NCBI GenBank assembly: GCA_937625935.1
Contig: OW569378.1
Location: 372,001-436,000 of the forward strand
Length of the DNA stretch: 64,000 nt
From: Tetramitus jugosus
Taxonomy: Eukaryota; Protista; Heterolobosea
Direction: 5' to 3'
Below the pieces are notes generated by a model that was not told the DNA's origin, searched no databases, and saw nothing but the letters and a program-made list of their open reading frames with translations. The translations under genes were made by a program, and so were the position numbers. The first letter of the stretch is position 1; the number at the start of each line of letters is the position of its first letter. Of this stretch, positions 1 to 11,151 are shown in pieces.

Positions 1-67
1 TTTTTTAACATTGAGCTAAACAAATTTTTTTGGCGCCATTTTTTTTGAAAATATTGTCATTTTACAG

Positions 68-2442
68 CGGCATTGAAGAGCATGCTAGAGCTCGTGGTTT
101 TGCACCCAAAGATTTTACAACAAAATTTGAGCACAATCATACACTCAACATGTCCATTTATTGTTCATGAGGAAAGACCTGTCAGAAAGGAGCTCAGGAG
201 ACTTCTTCAGTTTATTTTCCCGATTTTGTCCGAAAACACCATGAAACCATACATAGGATTCTATGTGGCTCACGTAGGCAATGCACTCACCAGTTTATTC
301 TCCACTGTTCGTATCTTTGGTCTAGAGCTCTTGCAAATGTTGATTGAGAACTATGAGTCGCAGTGCGCGCAATACTCTGCCAAAATTTTGCCCAATTTGT
401 TCAATGTGTTTCAAATGAGAACCGCTGGTATATCATACAAGGGCAAAAATCACTCGATTCAACAAGAGCTCAGTGTGAACATCTTGGATCGATATTTGGG
501 TGTTCTATTGGAGCACAATAAGCTCAAGATTCCAAACTATGTGAGAGAGATTAGTCATCCCCTCTTTTTCCATCATTCCCATGTTCAAAACAAGCTCAAG
601 AAGGACGATTTGGATCAACAGAGAGAGTTTATGTTCGCAAGAAACAAGGTTCTGCCCCACATTGCATTCACATTCAACAGTGTGAGTGATCAGCGCATGC
701 AAATGTATCATCGATTGATTCAGAGAAAAGTTGCTGATAAGAGCAAGATTATGTTTGAGTCGGAGAAGAAGAAGCCTTTGTCATCAACTTCGTCATCCTC
801 TGATCAAGTGCCTGCTGCTGAGCAACAGCAAAAGCAACAAAAGTCCAAGGACAGCACAAAGGACTCCTCATCTCATCACGTGCTCATGCTCAGTGAAGAT
901 GTGACCAATTATAGCATGGAGACTGAACAGTCATTGAATCTGATGATTCACAAGTTTTCATCGCCACTGTCCGAGTTGTACATGGAGTTTTACTCTCCTT
1001 TGAATCCTTCCATTGTGCACAATTCTCTTCACTCCATTTATCAGCTATTGTATGCTTTGGAGGAGGTGTCAACTGATGTGATTGATACAGCAAAGATGCA
1101 AAACGATTTCCCATTCTTCAAGTACTTGAGGAGAAAGGGTGAAGTGGAGTCTCACCTCGGAAAGACGAATCACTTCTCATGCAGATCAGCATGGATCGGC
1201 ATTACGTCCTTCTTTGATATCGACGAGACAATTGTTCAATTGTTGAGCGTTTTTTGTAAGAACAGGTTTGATGGTGACGCAAGAGACTTTGCAATTCTGT
1301 TGGGTGCATTCTGGAGAGTTAGCAGATATTTGACTGAGGATGTTGAGCTCGCGTTGTGGAAGGGTTTGACAAACATTTTCCTCAATGAGTCTCATCTCTC
1401 TCTCGTCCAAACATTGATTCTGCAGTTCTTTAGCGATATTGTGTTGAAGAAACAGAAAATGACACCTGCCGTACCTATATTCAAAGTATGGGCCAAGCAA
1501 CTACCAGTCTTGTTGAGCATGATTAGTCCGGAGCAAATTGGATTGTCAAAGTTTTTGGTCTCAGCCCTCTCTGCATTCTCCAAGAGCTTGCATCAGTGTC
1601 ATTTGACACCCGATTCATTGTTCCCACTATTTGCACCTAATTTCTTCCTCGCATTGCCAAGTCAGTACCAAACTCCACTCTTGTACCTGTTGTTCCATTC
1701 TCCAGATGTTAAGATTTCGAATGATATTTTGAAGAGTATGTCTCAAATCTGTACGAGCACCAAGTGTGAATCTGGTGTGGCCAGTGTGTTGATTGAGTTT
1801 ATTGCTGTGCAGAATGAGATTAATCCCGTGGATAAGACAACTTTCTTGCTCAGTGTCATTTGTGGAAAGCCAGAGTTAATCAGTGAAATCATTGTGGCCT
1901 TTAGCAACATTGAGGATGCTCTGAATCGCATCTCTGGATTCATGTGTCACATGCTGCCAAAGGATCTGGACATGAGATTGCAATCATCTCTGTTAGCACT
2001 CGTGTACAATGCATTAGTGTGGAGAGGAGACAAGACTGCTAGCGAGAACAAGTTAACTGACAAGTTGATGAACTCTGTGTTGCCAGCTCGTCTATTCAAG
2101 TTTTATGAAGCGTGCTTTATCCATAGAGAGTTTGAAGTACTATACATACCGTTGTGTATGAACTTGTGTACGATTCACTCAAATCTGTTGGCTCATTTGT
2201 TGGAGTCCCTCTCCAAGAGCAAACAGTCAATCAGCCTCGAAATGACTCTGACCCTACTCAAATCACTATCCAACACCACTGTTCAACAACATGCCACTCT
2301 ATGGAACCAACTATATGTGCATTTGACTCATCTGGTGAAAAAGGAACTCAAGGACACTGCGAATGTCTCTAACCTGGGTGACTCACTCCATCACATCCAT
2401 TCCCAAATGATATTGCACCAAATTGAAGGAACAAAAAAATAA
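68..2442 (+). CDS. IPI1: Ipi1/TEX10-like rixosome (pre-60S processing) HEAT protein, 5'-partial; last exon
   Basis: N-terminal segment VRKELRRLL..MKPYIGFYVAHVGNALTSLFSTVRIFGLELLQML resembles the Ipi1_N region. A TTTACAG acceptor at 61-67 precedes the open frame, so an upstream exon lies outside the window. Confidence 0.7.
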
Positions 2443-3018
2443 AAACTTCTGGAAGGAACACGTTTCCCACATGAAAAAAAAGCAAATGGCGATTGGAAAC
2501 ATCAAAAAGTAAATTCTTGGTTGTTACGAGCAAGGAGAATGGATCCTTGATGCTATGGGTGCTCAGACTTGAGTTCTCATACATTAGGAGGAGTATGACG
2601 TGCTACTTCGATTTCATTAGCTGCGATCATAAATAATTACTTGCGTCTCAACTGAACCTTAGTCCAATAACCGCTCTCACGTCTCGCAGATGCCAATCTC
2701 CTTTTTTCAAAAACAATTCAATTTATCCCACAGAGATTTTTTGAGTGATTTCAAATTTGACTTGATCAGTTCTGGATGATTGATTCATAAACTATTGTTT
2801 CTACATGATGAGAAAATAGTTAGCCTCTCCACCAAGAAGTATCAGGAGGGGTCTGATGATTTGTGATTACTCAACACTATGGCGTCATCCACTGATTCGA
2901 ACACAAGTTTTTTTGCTTCATTGCTCATTGACAATTTGAGGTCTCTCATTCAGACCGAAGAACTGTTTGGGTTCGAGTGTTAGAGTGAACGAACCATTGG
3001 AACCAAAAATTTCAAATC

Positions 3019-4206
3019 TCAATGTCGATACTTACTTTGTTGAGTAATCTTCGTGAGGTATGTTCGACGTTCGGATATTGACCTTTCAATAGCAGTTGAT
3101 AACATCCGAATAGTGATATCAGTCTTGCGTATCTGAATGAACTTCATGAAGTTTCGAACATCGTCACGAAGAACGAGATGAAGGAGTGGTGGCAGATCGA
3201 TTTTCACTTGCTTATTCTTGAGCAACACGTCAAGTACATCGTCTGCTCCCACGGAGCAAGCAATGAACAACGGGGTTCGAAAATGACCTCTTATCAAATT
3301 GACATCGATGCCACACTGATCGATCAAATACTGGAGACAACGCACAGCATTGTACTGACTCGCGAGATGAATTGGATGTTGTCTCTGTGAAGGCGGGTCT
3401 TCTGTTGCAGATATCATCCTTGGATCTGCACCATTCTCAACCAACCACCGCAACACATGGATATGATCACCAGGGATACAGCGCTGTATCGGAGTTGTTC
3501 CACTTGTCGTATGATAATTATTCATATTCTCTCCATGTTCCACAAGCATTTTCACACAGTTTAATTGACCAAACGCAGCTGCCACATGAATCGCTCGTTC
3601 GCCCATTCGAGTTTCCGCAGTATAATCTGCTCCATTGTCCAACAACACTCGCATACACTTGTCATGACCCAACCGTGCACAATAGTGCAATGGAGTGCGC
3701 TTCATAAAGTATTTTCTGTTAACACTTGCTCTCATCTTGATCAAATACTCTAGAATCTCATGCTGTCCATATTCGCATGCAGCGAACAACAGAGTCTTTC
3801 TGCGATTTGGAGTATAGTCTGCATACATTGAACTACTGGAGTGAAATATGCAAAGAAATCGATTCATATCACACTGTTTCACAGATTGTGGACTTTGAGA
3901 AGCATCATCAGAAAAACATTGGGCCATATCTTGCATAATTGTGTTATAAATTTCGCGAAGAGTCGGGGGTGGATTCTCTGCAGAATACTGAGCCTGCGGT
4001 GCCTCGATCATTGAAAAAAATTGAAACACAGTACCATCTGAGGAGGTAATGGTCGTAGTAGGGTTAAAACCTGCTTGAAGAGTGGGTAGTACCAAGTCAT
4101 TCATCGATGAATGACTACGTTCATCACTTGAACCGTGCAACCATAGTTGTCTACAATTCAGAGAGAACATCATGGTAGTCGTCAATAGCAATAGCGGAAA
4201 AAACAT
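3019..4206 (-). CDS. Ankyrin repeat protein (paralog B of a tandem pair)
   Basis: Multiple TPLHxxA..G..CxxxLLxxGAD ankyrin motifs; start codon uncertain. Confidence 0.85.
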   Translation of the reverse strand: MFFPLLLLTTTMMFSLNCRQLWLHGSSDERSHSSMNDLVLPTLQAGFNPTTTITSSDGTVFQFFSMIEAPQAQYSAENPPPTLREIYNTIMQDMAQCFSDDASQSPQSVKQCDMNRFLCIFHSSSSMYADYTPNRRKTLLFAACEYGQHEILEYLIKMRASVNRKYFMKRTPLHYCARLGHDKCMRVLLDNGADYTAETRMGERAIHVAAAFGQLNCVKMLVEHGENMNNYHTTSGTTPIQRCIPGDHIHVLRWLVENGADPRMISATEDPPSQRQHPIHLASQYNAVRCLQYLIDQCGIDVNLIRGHFRTPLFIACSVGADDVLDVLLKNKQVKIDLPPLLHLVLRDDVRNFMKFIQIRKTDITIRMLSTAIERSISERRTYLTKITQQSKYRH

Positions 4207-4695
4207 GTTTAGGGTCTGTCTTTCTTTTTTTTTGGTTTGGAATTTTGCTGCGTAGCAAAGTTGAGTCTGTTATGCTGCCACAGAAAATGATCACCAATCA
4301 TGGAATGTGATGTATGATGTTAATAAGCTTTATTTATGTTAATAATTGAAATTGTGTTATGTATCCAATCCCTGCCCAATCTTATGTGAAATTCTTCTTC
4401 TTGGCCCTGTTCAATAAAAAATAAACCACCCGAATGGCGCGAACACCGAATTAAGTGTCAAAGTGCACCGCACCTAAACTATATGACGACTGCTTTGGAG
4501 TGCGCACTCCGAAAGGAGGTGACAACTACACACCACAGTCTAAAACCACGACACCAGAGCATCATGGTGAGATCTCACTCCGAACGAAGCACTAATAAAA
4601 GTCGGTGTTAGTAAAACATGTTGTTCAATAAGAGTCGCTCGATTGAAAAAGCAGGTCGTCCTCACACGGTTCACTTGCTGAACAAAAGGGCGAGC

Positions 4696-6591
4696 TCAAC
4701 ATCCACTGCGGATGACAAGGACAAAGCACACCAACTCCCCTCTCGTATTCATCCACCCATCTATAAATAAATACATACCTCTTTGAGCCATCTTGGCAAT
4801 ATTCGTTCGACCGAAACGCTCCGAAGTTTTCGCTATTCTCGACAGTGACATACTGGCATTCTTGCTCCTCCGAATCAACTTCATACTGTTCTGAGCGTCG
4901 TCCCGAGTGAAGAGATGATGGAATGGCCTAGCGCCCAGATAATCTCTCAGCGATACATCTGTTTCTGCCTTCTTGAGCAACACGTCAATCACGTTGTCTG
5001 CTCCCACGGAGCAAGCAATGTGCAACGGTGTTCTCTTCTTCTCATCTCTCAAATTGACATGGATGCCACACTGATCAATCAAATACTGGAGACAACGCAC
5101 AGCATTGTACTGACTTGCCACATGAATCGGCAACAGTTGTCTCTGCAGATTATGATTTGATAGAGTGTTCGTCGCAAGTGCCTTGATGATGGCTTCGTGA
5201 TCAAAGCGACCAACCATTGGATCTGCACCATTCTCAACCAACCACCGCAATACGTGCACATGATCACCAGGGATACAGCACTGCAACGGAGTCGTTCCAT
5301 TCGTCGTATAATTAATATTCACATTCTCTCCGTGTTCCACAAGCATCTTTACGCAACTCAAATGACCAAACGCAGCTGCCACATGAATCACTCGATTGCC
5401 CATCTCAGTCTCCGCAGTATAATCTGCTCCATTGTCCAACAACAGTCGCATACACTTGTCGTGGCCCAACCGTGCACAATAGTGCAATGGAGTGCGATAC
5501 GTCTTGTACGTCGTGTTCACACGAGCCTTCATTCGTATCAAGTACTCTAGAATCTCATGCTGTCCATACATGGATGCCATGGACAACAGAGTCGGTGGAG
5601 CCTGTTGCTGCTGCTGCTGCTGTTGTTGTCCAAGATCAGGAGTATAGTCTGCATACATTGAGCTATTGGAGTGGAACACTCGTAAAAATCGACTCATATC
5701 ACACTGTTTCACTGGAATTTCCGCTGAGGCATTGACAGACATCCATGAAGGTGAAGACTGTGGCTTCTGCTCTTGTTCTTGATGTTGTTTTCTACTCTCT
5801 GAATAACACTTGTGCATTTCAACGGCAATTGCTCGATAAATCAGTGGAAGAGGCATGAAATTGACTGTTCTCCAGCGATTCAAATCGAAAAAACCATAAT
5901 CACCATCAACACCACCACCAATACTATTACTACTACTACTACTACTATTATTCATACTGTTACTGTTAACAGGTGAAGATAACCACACTTGTTGAAAATG
6001 TGCCTTTTCTTCACTCGTCGTTGCCAACAACAATTGTTCTCTATTGTCTATTGTTGTTGTTGTTGTAGTATGACTAGTATGACTAGTAGTATGACTAGTA
6101 GTAGTAGTAGGAGTGGCATCATGGTCCATATCAGATGATGCATCACTATCACTAAACTCACTCTGTTCTTCTTCTTCTTCTTGACTACTATTATTCTCAT
6201 CATCACTATTTTTTGATTGTTCATCAAAGTCAATCGTATGAGTCGCTTCAACAACAATAGAAACAATTGGATTGGAAACCGCCTCAAAATCATCCCAATT
6301 TTTTCTTCTCTTCTTTCGCTTATTCTCATTATCATCATCATCATGATTGTTACTGTTACTGTTAATGTTACTGTTGCTATCGAATGAAATGGTTTCCATA
6401 AACAATCTCTTATTTGGAGTCATGGACAAACGACTACTACTATTAGTAATACTAGTAATACTACTACGACTAGGACTATTACTACTTGATGATGGAGAAA
6501 AAGAGGAAGTAATAGAAAAAGAGGGTGATGATGATGATGATGTGATGATAGTCTTAGTAGAGTTGTTCTGATGATTGTTGAGAGAGAACAT
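4696..6591 (-). CDS. Ankyrin repeat protein with long low-complexity N-terminus (paralog A); probable short 3' intron
   Basis: Ankyrin motifs nearly identical to the 3019-4206 gene. A GTATGT donor at 4778 (minus) and a candidate CCGCAG acceptor at 4706 would give the end ..AQRVDVELALLFSK* (stop 4671-4673). Confidence 0.85.
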   Translation of the reverse strand: MFSLNNHQNNSTKTIITSSSSSPSFSITSSFSPSSSSNSPSRSSITSITNSSSRLSMTPNKRLFMETISFDSNSNINSNSNNHDDDDNENKRKKRRKNWDDFEAVSNPIVSIVVEATHTIDFDEQSKNSDDENNSSQEEEEEQSEFSDSDASSDMDHDATPTTTTSHTTSHTSHTTTTTTIDNREQLLLATTSEEKAHFQQVWLSSPVNSNSMNNSSSSSSNSIGGGVDGDYGFFDLNRWRTVNFMPLPLIYRAIAVEMHKCYSESRKQHQEQEQKPQSSPSWMSVNASAEIPVKQCDMSRFLRVFHSNSSMYADYTPDLGQQQQQQQQQAPPTLLSMASMYGQHEILEYLIRMKARVNTTYKTYRTPLHYCARLGHDKCMRLLLDNGADYTAETEMGNRVIHVAAAFGHLSCVKMLVEHGENVNINYTTNGTTPLQCCIPGDHVHVLRWLVENGADPMVGRFDHEAIIKALATNTLSNHNLQRQLLPIHVASQYNAVRCLQYLIDQCGIHVNLRDEKKRTPLHIACSVGADNVIDVLLKKAETDVSLRDYLGARPFHHLFTRDDAQNSMKLIRRSKNASMSLSRIAKTSERFGRTNIAKMAQRGMYLFIDGWMNTRGELVCFVLVIRSGC

Positions 6592-7214
6592 GTTTTTTTG
6601 TTGTTGTTGTTATTGTTGTTATTAACACTGACAGTTGAGGTGAGTAGGAGGAGGTTTAGATTGTTGGGTTCAATAATGAACTTTGAGAAGTAGCAAAGAG
6701 AGAAAAGTTGTTTGAGGGAGGAAGAATTTTTTTTTGTGGTTGTTGGTTGTTGTTGTGGTTGTTGTTTGAGGATAATATTGGTTCTGTTGTTGGTTGGTGG
6801 AAAGGCCTTTTTGGATGGGGCGGAAACAGAGTCTCTTCGGCCCGAAGTTCGAACAAAAAAGATTTTCCTTTGCGGTTCAACCAACGCAACAAGCGGATCA
6901 ATGGCGATTTACAATTGAAAAAAAATTCCTTGGTAGTGGATGATGGAAAGGGAGTTCATGTTCGTTTGGGCCCATAGACATCCATTTGTCACAAAAAGGA
7001 CAAGGCCAACAAAACATTTACTTGGGTGCCAAATATTAGATGAGAAGGAAAAAGCAACGATGGCTGAACGAATTTTATGTCCAAGGAAGATAAGGAAGTG
7101 AGCGAAACGCCACTCTTGATTGAATTTTTCTCTCACCGAGCAACGAAGTGACACAGACTGATTGTCACACTATTCCTGATCACTACTCAAGCGCAAGTTA
7201 TTCCGCTCTCTAGT

Positions 7215-8834
7215 TCACCTCTTTTCAGCCAATATTATCTTTGTCCTTTCAAAGACGTTCCTGACGTCCTCTGGATCGATGATGGACGATACGAGCACAT
7301 GCAACTTTTTCTTGCTGTGCGCTTTGCTTCGCACCTGATCAAATCGCTTTTGATAGAGACCACTGATGAAATCAATGGCATCGTTTGGATCAGTGGACCC
7401 AGAATAAGCACTAAACTGTTGCTTTAGCTGCTCTGCATTGAATTTCTCTAGAAAAACATCCTTCTTGTTCAGTACGAGAATGAACTTGATCTTCTTCTGA
7501 CTGAAACCAATCTGTCTTAATGTCTGCTCAAACACATCCAAGCTGTCCTTCATCATGTTCATTTCTGATGGTGTAGCTGATGGTGACGTTGGCGATGTAG
7601 TGAGAGATGAACCAGACGAGGAGGAAACTGGTGACGTCGGTAGAGAGGACCATGAGGGTGAAGATGCAGACACGGCTGACATGACGACACCGCTGCCACC
7701 ACTTACAGAAAGATTCTTGTTGTACTCTGACAGAGAGGCAAAATAGAACAGGGCATCTACATCGTTTGAATTGTGGTGCCATCTGGACTGCTCTGTCTTA
7801 TGACCACTCAAATCAAAAATCTTGACCTGGAAGTGGTCCAACTTTAGCTTTGAAATATCGACGCCACCAGTGGGCTTATACGACTGCAAAATGTCCATAT
7901 CGGACGGCACATAATCCGGTGGACACAATCGCTCCAAACTTCGCTGTGTCAGGAATTTGGAGATGCCTTCCGTGTGCTTTGCTCTCTCAATGAGACAATT
8001 TCGAAAGAAGGGTACTTGAAATAGCTTACACACCGTATCAGACACTTGTTTATCATAGTAAATGGAGGCACGTGTGTGCAGTGTCATATCACCCTCACAT
8101 ATCCTCTCAATTCTCTGAATTTTTTCCTCTTCGACACTCGCGTAATCCGCGCTGCTCTTCATTGGCAACAAACCACAATGGCGGCAGTATTTAATTGTCC
8201 GATAGAACAACAAAAGAATGTTACTGTAGATGATGTTTCGAAAATTGTCGAGTTCTTCTTGGGACCACGTAGTTCCCGATGCACTCTTCATAGCTTTCAA
8301 CCAACTACTCTTTCCAGAGTCTTCTGCACCCAGAATCAACACTTTTAATGGTTTTCCATGTTGACTCGATGATGACGATGACGATGATGATTGTTTGTCC
8401 AAGCGCGCGAAACTAATTCTCCGAATTATCCCCATCGATGTACGCGAATGTTTTTGATTGGCACCAATGGTGCTTTGACTGCCACTGGACGGTGGCGTCA
8501 AACTATTGCCACTGTTCTCTTTGCTGAGACTTGTCATTGTAGTAGTCGTAGTAGTCGTAGTTGTTGTTGTAGTTGTTGTAGATGATGATGATGATGCACC
8601 ACCTCGGCCAAAACCTTGTAAGGCACCTAATCCCATGAATGAAACGCTGGCACGGCCTTGTCTTGCATTGCCAATACTGTTATTGTTGAAATTATGATTA
8701 TTGTTATTCGTGTTATTCGTGTTGTTGACAGAGATGGAAGGATTATTGTTGTTGTTGTTGTTGGTGCTGAGTGATCCTCTCCGATTTTTCTTGTGGTTGG
8801 GTATTTCTTCAGAATGGGATTGATGTTGACCCAT
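7215..8834 (-). CDS. Divergent heterotrimeric G-protein alpha subunit with long disordered N-terminus
   Basis: MGxxxS myristoylation motif, KVLILGAEDSGKSS P-loop, YVPSDMDIL, IFDLSG, ILVLNKKD (G4). Confidence 0.85.
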   Translation of the reverse strand: MGQHQSHSEEIPNHKKNRRGSLSTNNNNNNNPSISVNNTNNTNNNNHNFNNNSIGNARQGRASVSFMGLGALQGFGRGGASSSSSTTTTTTTTTTTTTTMTSLSKENSGNSLTPPSSGSQSTIGANQKHSRTSMGIIRRISFARLDKQSSSSSSSSSQHGKPLKVLILGAEDSGKSSWLKAMKSASGTTWSQEELDNFRNIIYSNILLLFYRTIKYCRHCGLLPMKSSADYASVEEEKIQRIERICEGDMTLHTRASIYYDKQVSDTVCKLFQVPFFRNCLIERAKHTEGISKFLTQRSLERLCPPDYVPSDMDILQSYKPTGGVDISKLKLDHFQVKIFDLSGHKTEQSRWHHNSNDVDALFYFASLSEYNKNLSVSGGSGVVMSAVSASSPSWSSLPTSPVSSSSGSSLTTSPTSPSATPSEMNMMKDSLDVFEQTLRQIGFSQKKIKFILVLNKKDVFLEKFNAEQLKQQFSAYSGSTDPNDAIDFISGLYQKRFDQVRSKAHSKKKLHVLVSSIIDPEDVRNVFERTKIILAEKR

Positions 8835-9301
8835 GAGCTCTTTTAATGTTGTTCCTTTGGTTAGTACTGTTGGTTATTTGTTATGTTGTTGGTGTGTTGT
8901 GTTGGTTTTTTTTGATGGGATTCTTATTGGCGCGCATTCAAATGTCAAAAATTACAAAAAAGGGCACCAGAGTTCGTGGGAGTAATCTTTCTGCAAATAG
9001 AGCTCGAATTCTCGATTGGCATAATTGAAACTGGCAGTTGCAACTGGCAATGTGTTTGGGTTGATGATGTGCTTCAATTATTCTTTCAGAAATTGTTTTT
9101 ACTTTATTCCCAACCAGAATGATATTGGTGCATGTCGGGCTCCCTGGAAATTGAGATGACACATAAATGTGGGTATCTATCTCGCGCCAAAACAAAATGT
9201 ACGAACAGCTGCATGACGATCGGCGGCCTGATTGCGAGAAAAAAATCAATTTTTGTCTGTAGCTGCGGAGCCATAATTACTACATTCCCTATCCCCATAT
9301 C

Positions 9302-10804
9302 ATGATGAAATCAAATCATAGCTCTCTTTCTTTTTTGAGCTCAAAGAGTCCTGGTTCCTCCCATTCCATGCGTCAGGACAGTTCGCCAGATCGAATCGTT
9401 CGCCACGCAATGAAAGAACTAGAAGAAGAACAATTGTTTCATCCGATTGACGATGAAACGAATGAACATGACGAGAGAGATAGAGTTGCAATGGCAATTA
9501 TAGCTGAGATAAACACGAGTGGAATACAGAGCATCAAGCATGAAATTCCAGAGTCAATGTACATGTTTTACATTTTCCTGTATTTGTTTAATGTGTTAAT
9601 TTATTGTCTAACTTGCTGATATTTGTTCTTGATGATCAGAGATGTATTGACTCAATTTCGGGAACGGTGCTCCATGAGGGGTCAATATCAGTTGTGTGAA
9701 GCCATTACAAAGGTTATAGAGCTATTAAAGGAAGAAAATGATCAACTTCATGTCAAACAATTGTACAAACAACAAGAAAAGGATAGAATGGCTTTGGTAG
9801 AGGCATATACACAAGAAAATGAGGAGTTTATCAATGATTGGACCAACAAGATTGAATTTTTGAAGGCCGAGATTGAAACAATGAAACAAGCTCTTTTCGC
9901 GCGACATTCACAAGAAATGGAAGAGTTTATCAATACGTATCATGAGGAACTGCGTCATCGAACTCCCAAATTCTCAAAGCAATTATTGAATCTAAGGAAA
10001 ATACAAGAAACTTTGGCAAAGAAGAGGGATTTTGCAGAAGCATTGAGAGTGAAGAAAACTGCTGATGCCTTACAAAATGAGGAATTAGTTCGTTTGAGTA
10101 TGGATCAGGGAGAACGGTTCGAGAAGAAGAGAACTGCTCTAATTGTAAAACATAGGCAAGAGATGGACGGATTGGAGTTGCGTCTGAGAAGGGAACTGAG
10201 AGAAATGGAATTACAGAGAGACCGTGAATTCTCCAAAATGAATCAGAGGCACAACAACATTAAGCAAACAATTCTGGGTCAGCACTCTCTGACGGAATCC
10301 AAAGCAAAGGCGTTTCTGAGTAAGAAGAAACAGGAAAAATCAGTTCAAGTGCAAGATTCATGGAATAAGTCGCTCCCTGATTCTTCCTACCTCTGGGCTA
10401 CTACTAATATTAAGAGCGAAAGTTATCAGTCTCGGCCCTTTACAGTCCCTATTCCCGTTCCGTGCGATCCATCCTCGTTTTCAGAGATTACAAAATCTGT
10501 TGTCAATAGCATCCTCCAGAAGGAAAGAACATCACAGAAAGGCTCCAGATCGACCTCATTGAATCATTCAATGAATAGTAGTAATTACCGAGGCAACAGA
10601 GCGAATCGAAAACTGAATATGAGCGATTGCAACATCGTGATCCCACCTCGAAATGAGAAGAGAATCGGTGGACAGTCTCCTTTGTCTCCTATTAGGACAT
10701 CTCTTGTCATATCAGATAAATCCAGTCCTGTTGGAAGTAAACGGCAACTCCATAACTCTCCCAAGCACCTTCATGTGAGCCTCACTCAACTTAACCAAAA
10801 GTAA
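9302..10804 (+). CDS. Coiled-coil protein of unknown function, two exons (intron about 9559-9639)
   Basis: ORFs 9302 and 9623 join in frame via GT at 9559, CTAAC branch at 9608 and CAG at 9637-9639. Long heptad-rich region (KFSKQLLNLRKIQETLA). Confidence 0.65.
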
Positions 10805-11151
10805 AGTATCAATATACTTCGAGTTCAAAGTCAAAAAGAGGGCTTCTCTCCCAAAGAACGGCGAAACAATGCATGCAAGGTTGAATATTGGGAACAGGTT
10901 TTTGCTGGCCGGGTTCTCAAAAAAGTTTTTGTGAGCGATTCGGTTGTTTTTGCCAAAGTGAGTCACTCGGTGCCTACTTTCTTGCCGAGCAGTCTTTTTT
11001 GCTCTGACTGGAATACCTGAATACCACGCCTTGACAGACAAGTATTTAAGAATTAGAAGAGATGAAAGTTACTTCTTTGGTTCAAGCAAAACAAACAAAC
11101 GATTCCAATAACTCATAAAAGAAATCAGAATACAAAGGAGTACCTCAAAAC

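Noticed and set aside
2800-2900. ATGATGA ... CTGA arrangement like a box C/D snoRNA
   Set aside because: I could recognise no rRNA-complementary guide or terminal stem, and TGATGA is very common in this genome.
4420-4700. Possible Fanzor/omega-RNA or MITE remnant
   Set aside because: No TnpB/Fanzor or transposase ORF, terminal inverted repeats or target-site duplication could be identified.
5900-6780. (CAA)n/(TAG)n/(GAT)n microsatellite tracts and their antisense poly-V/L/C ORFs, also seen elsewhere in the window
   Set aside because: Ordinary homopolymer-encoding tracts; the shadow ORFs are artefacts of the repeats.
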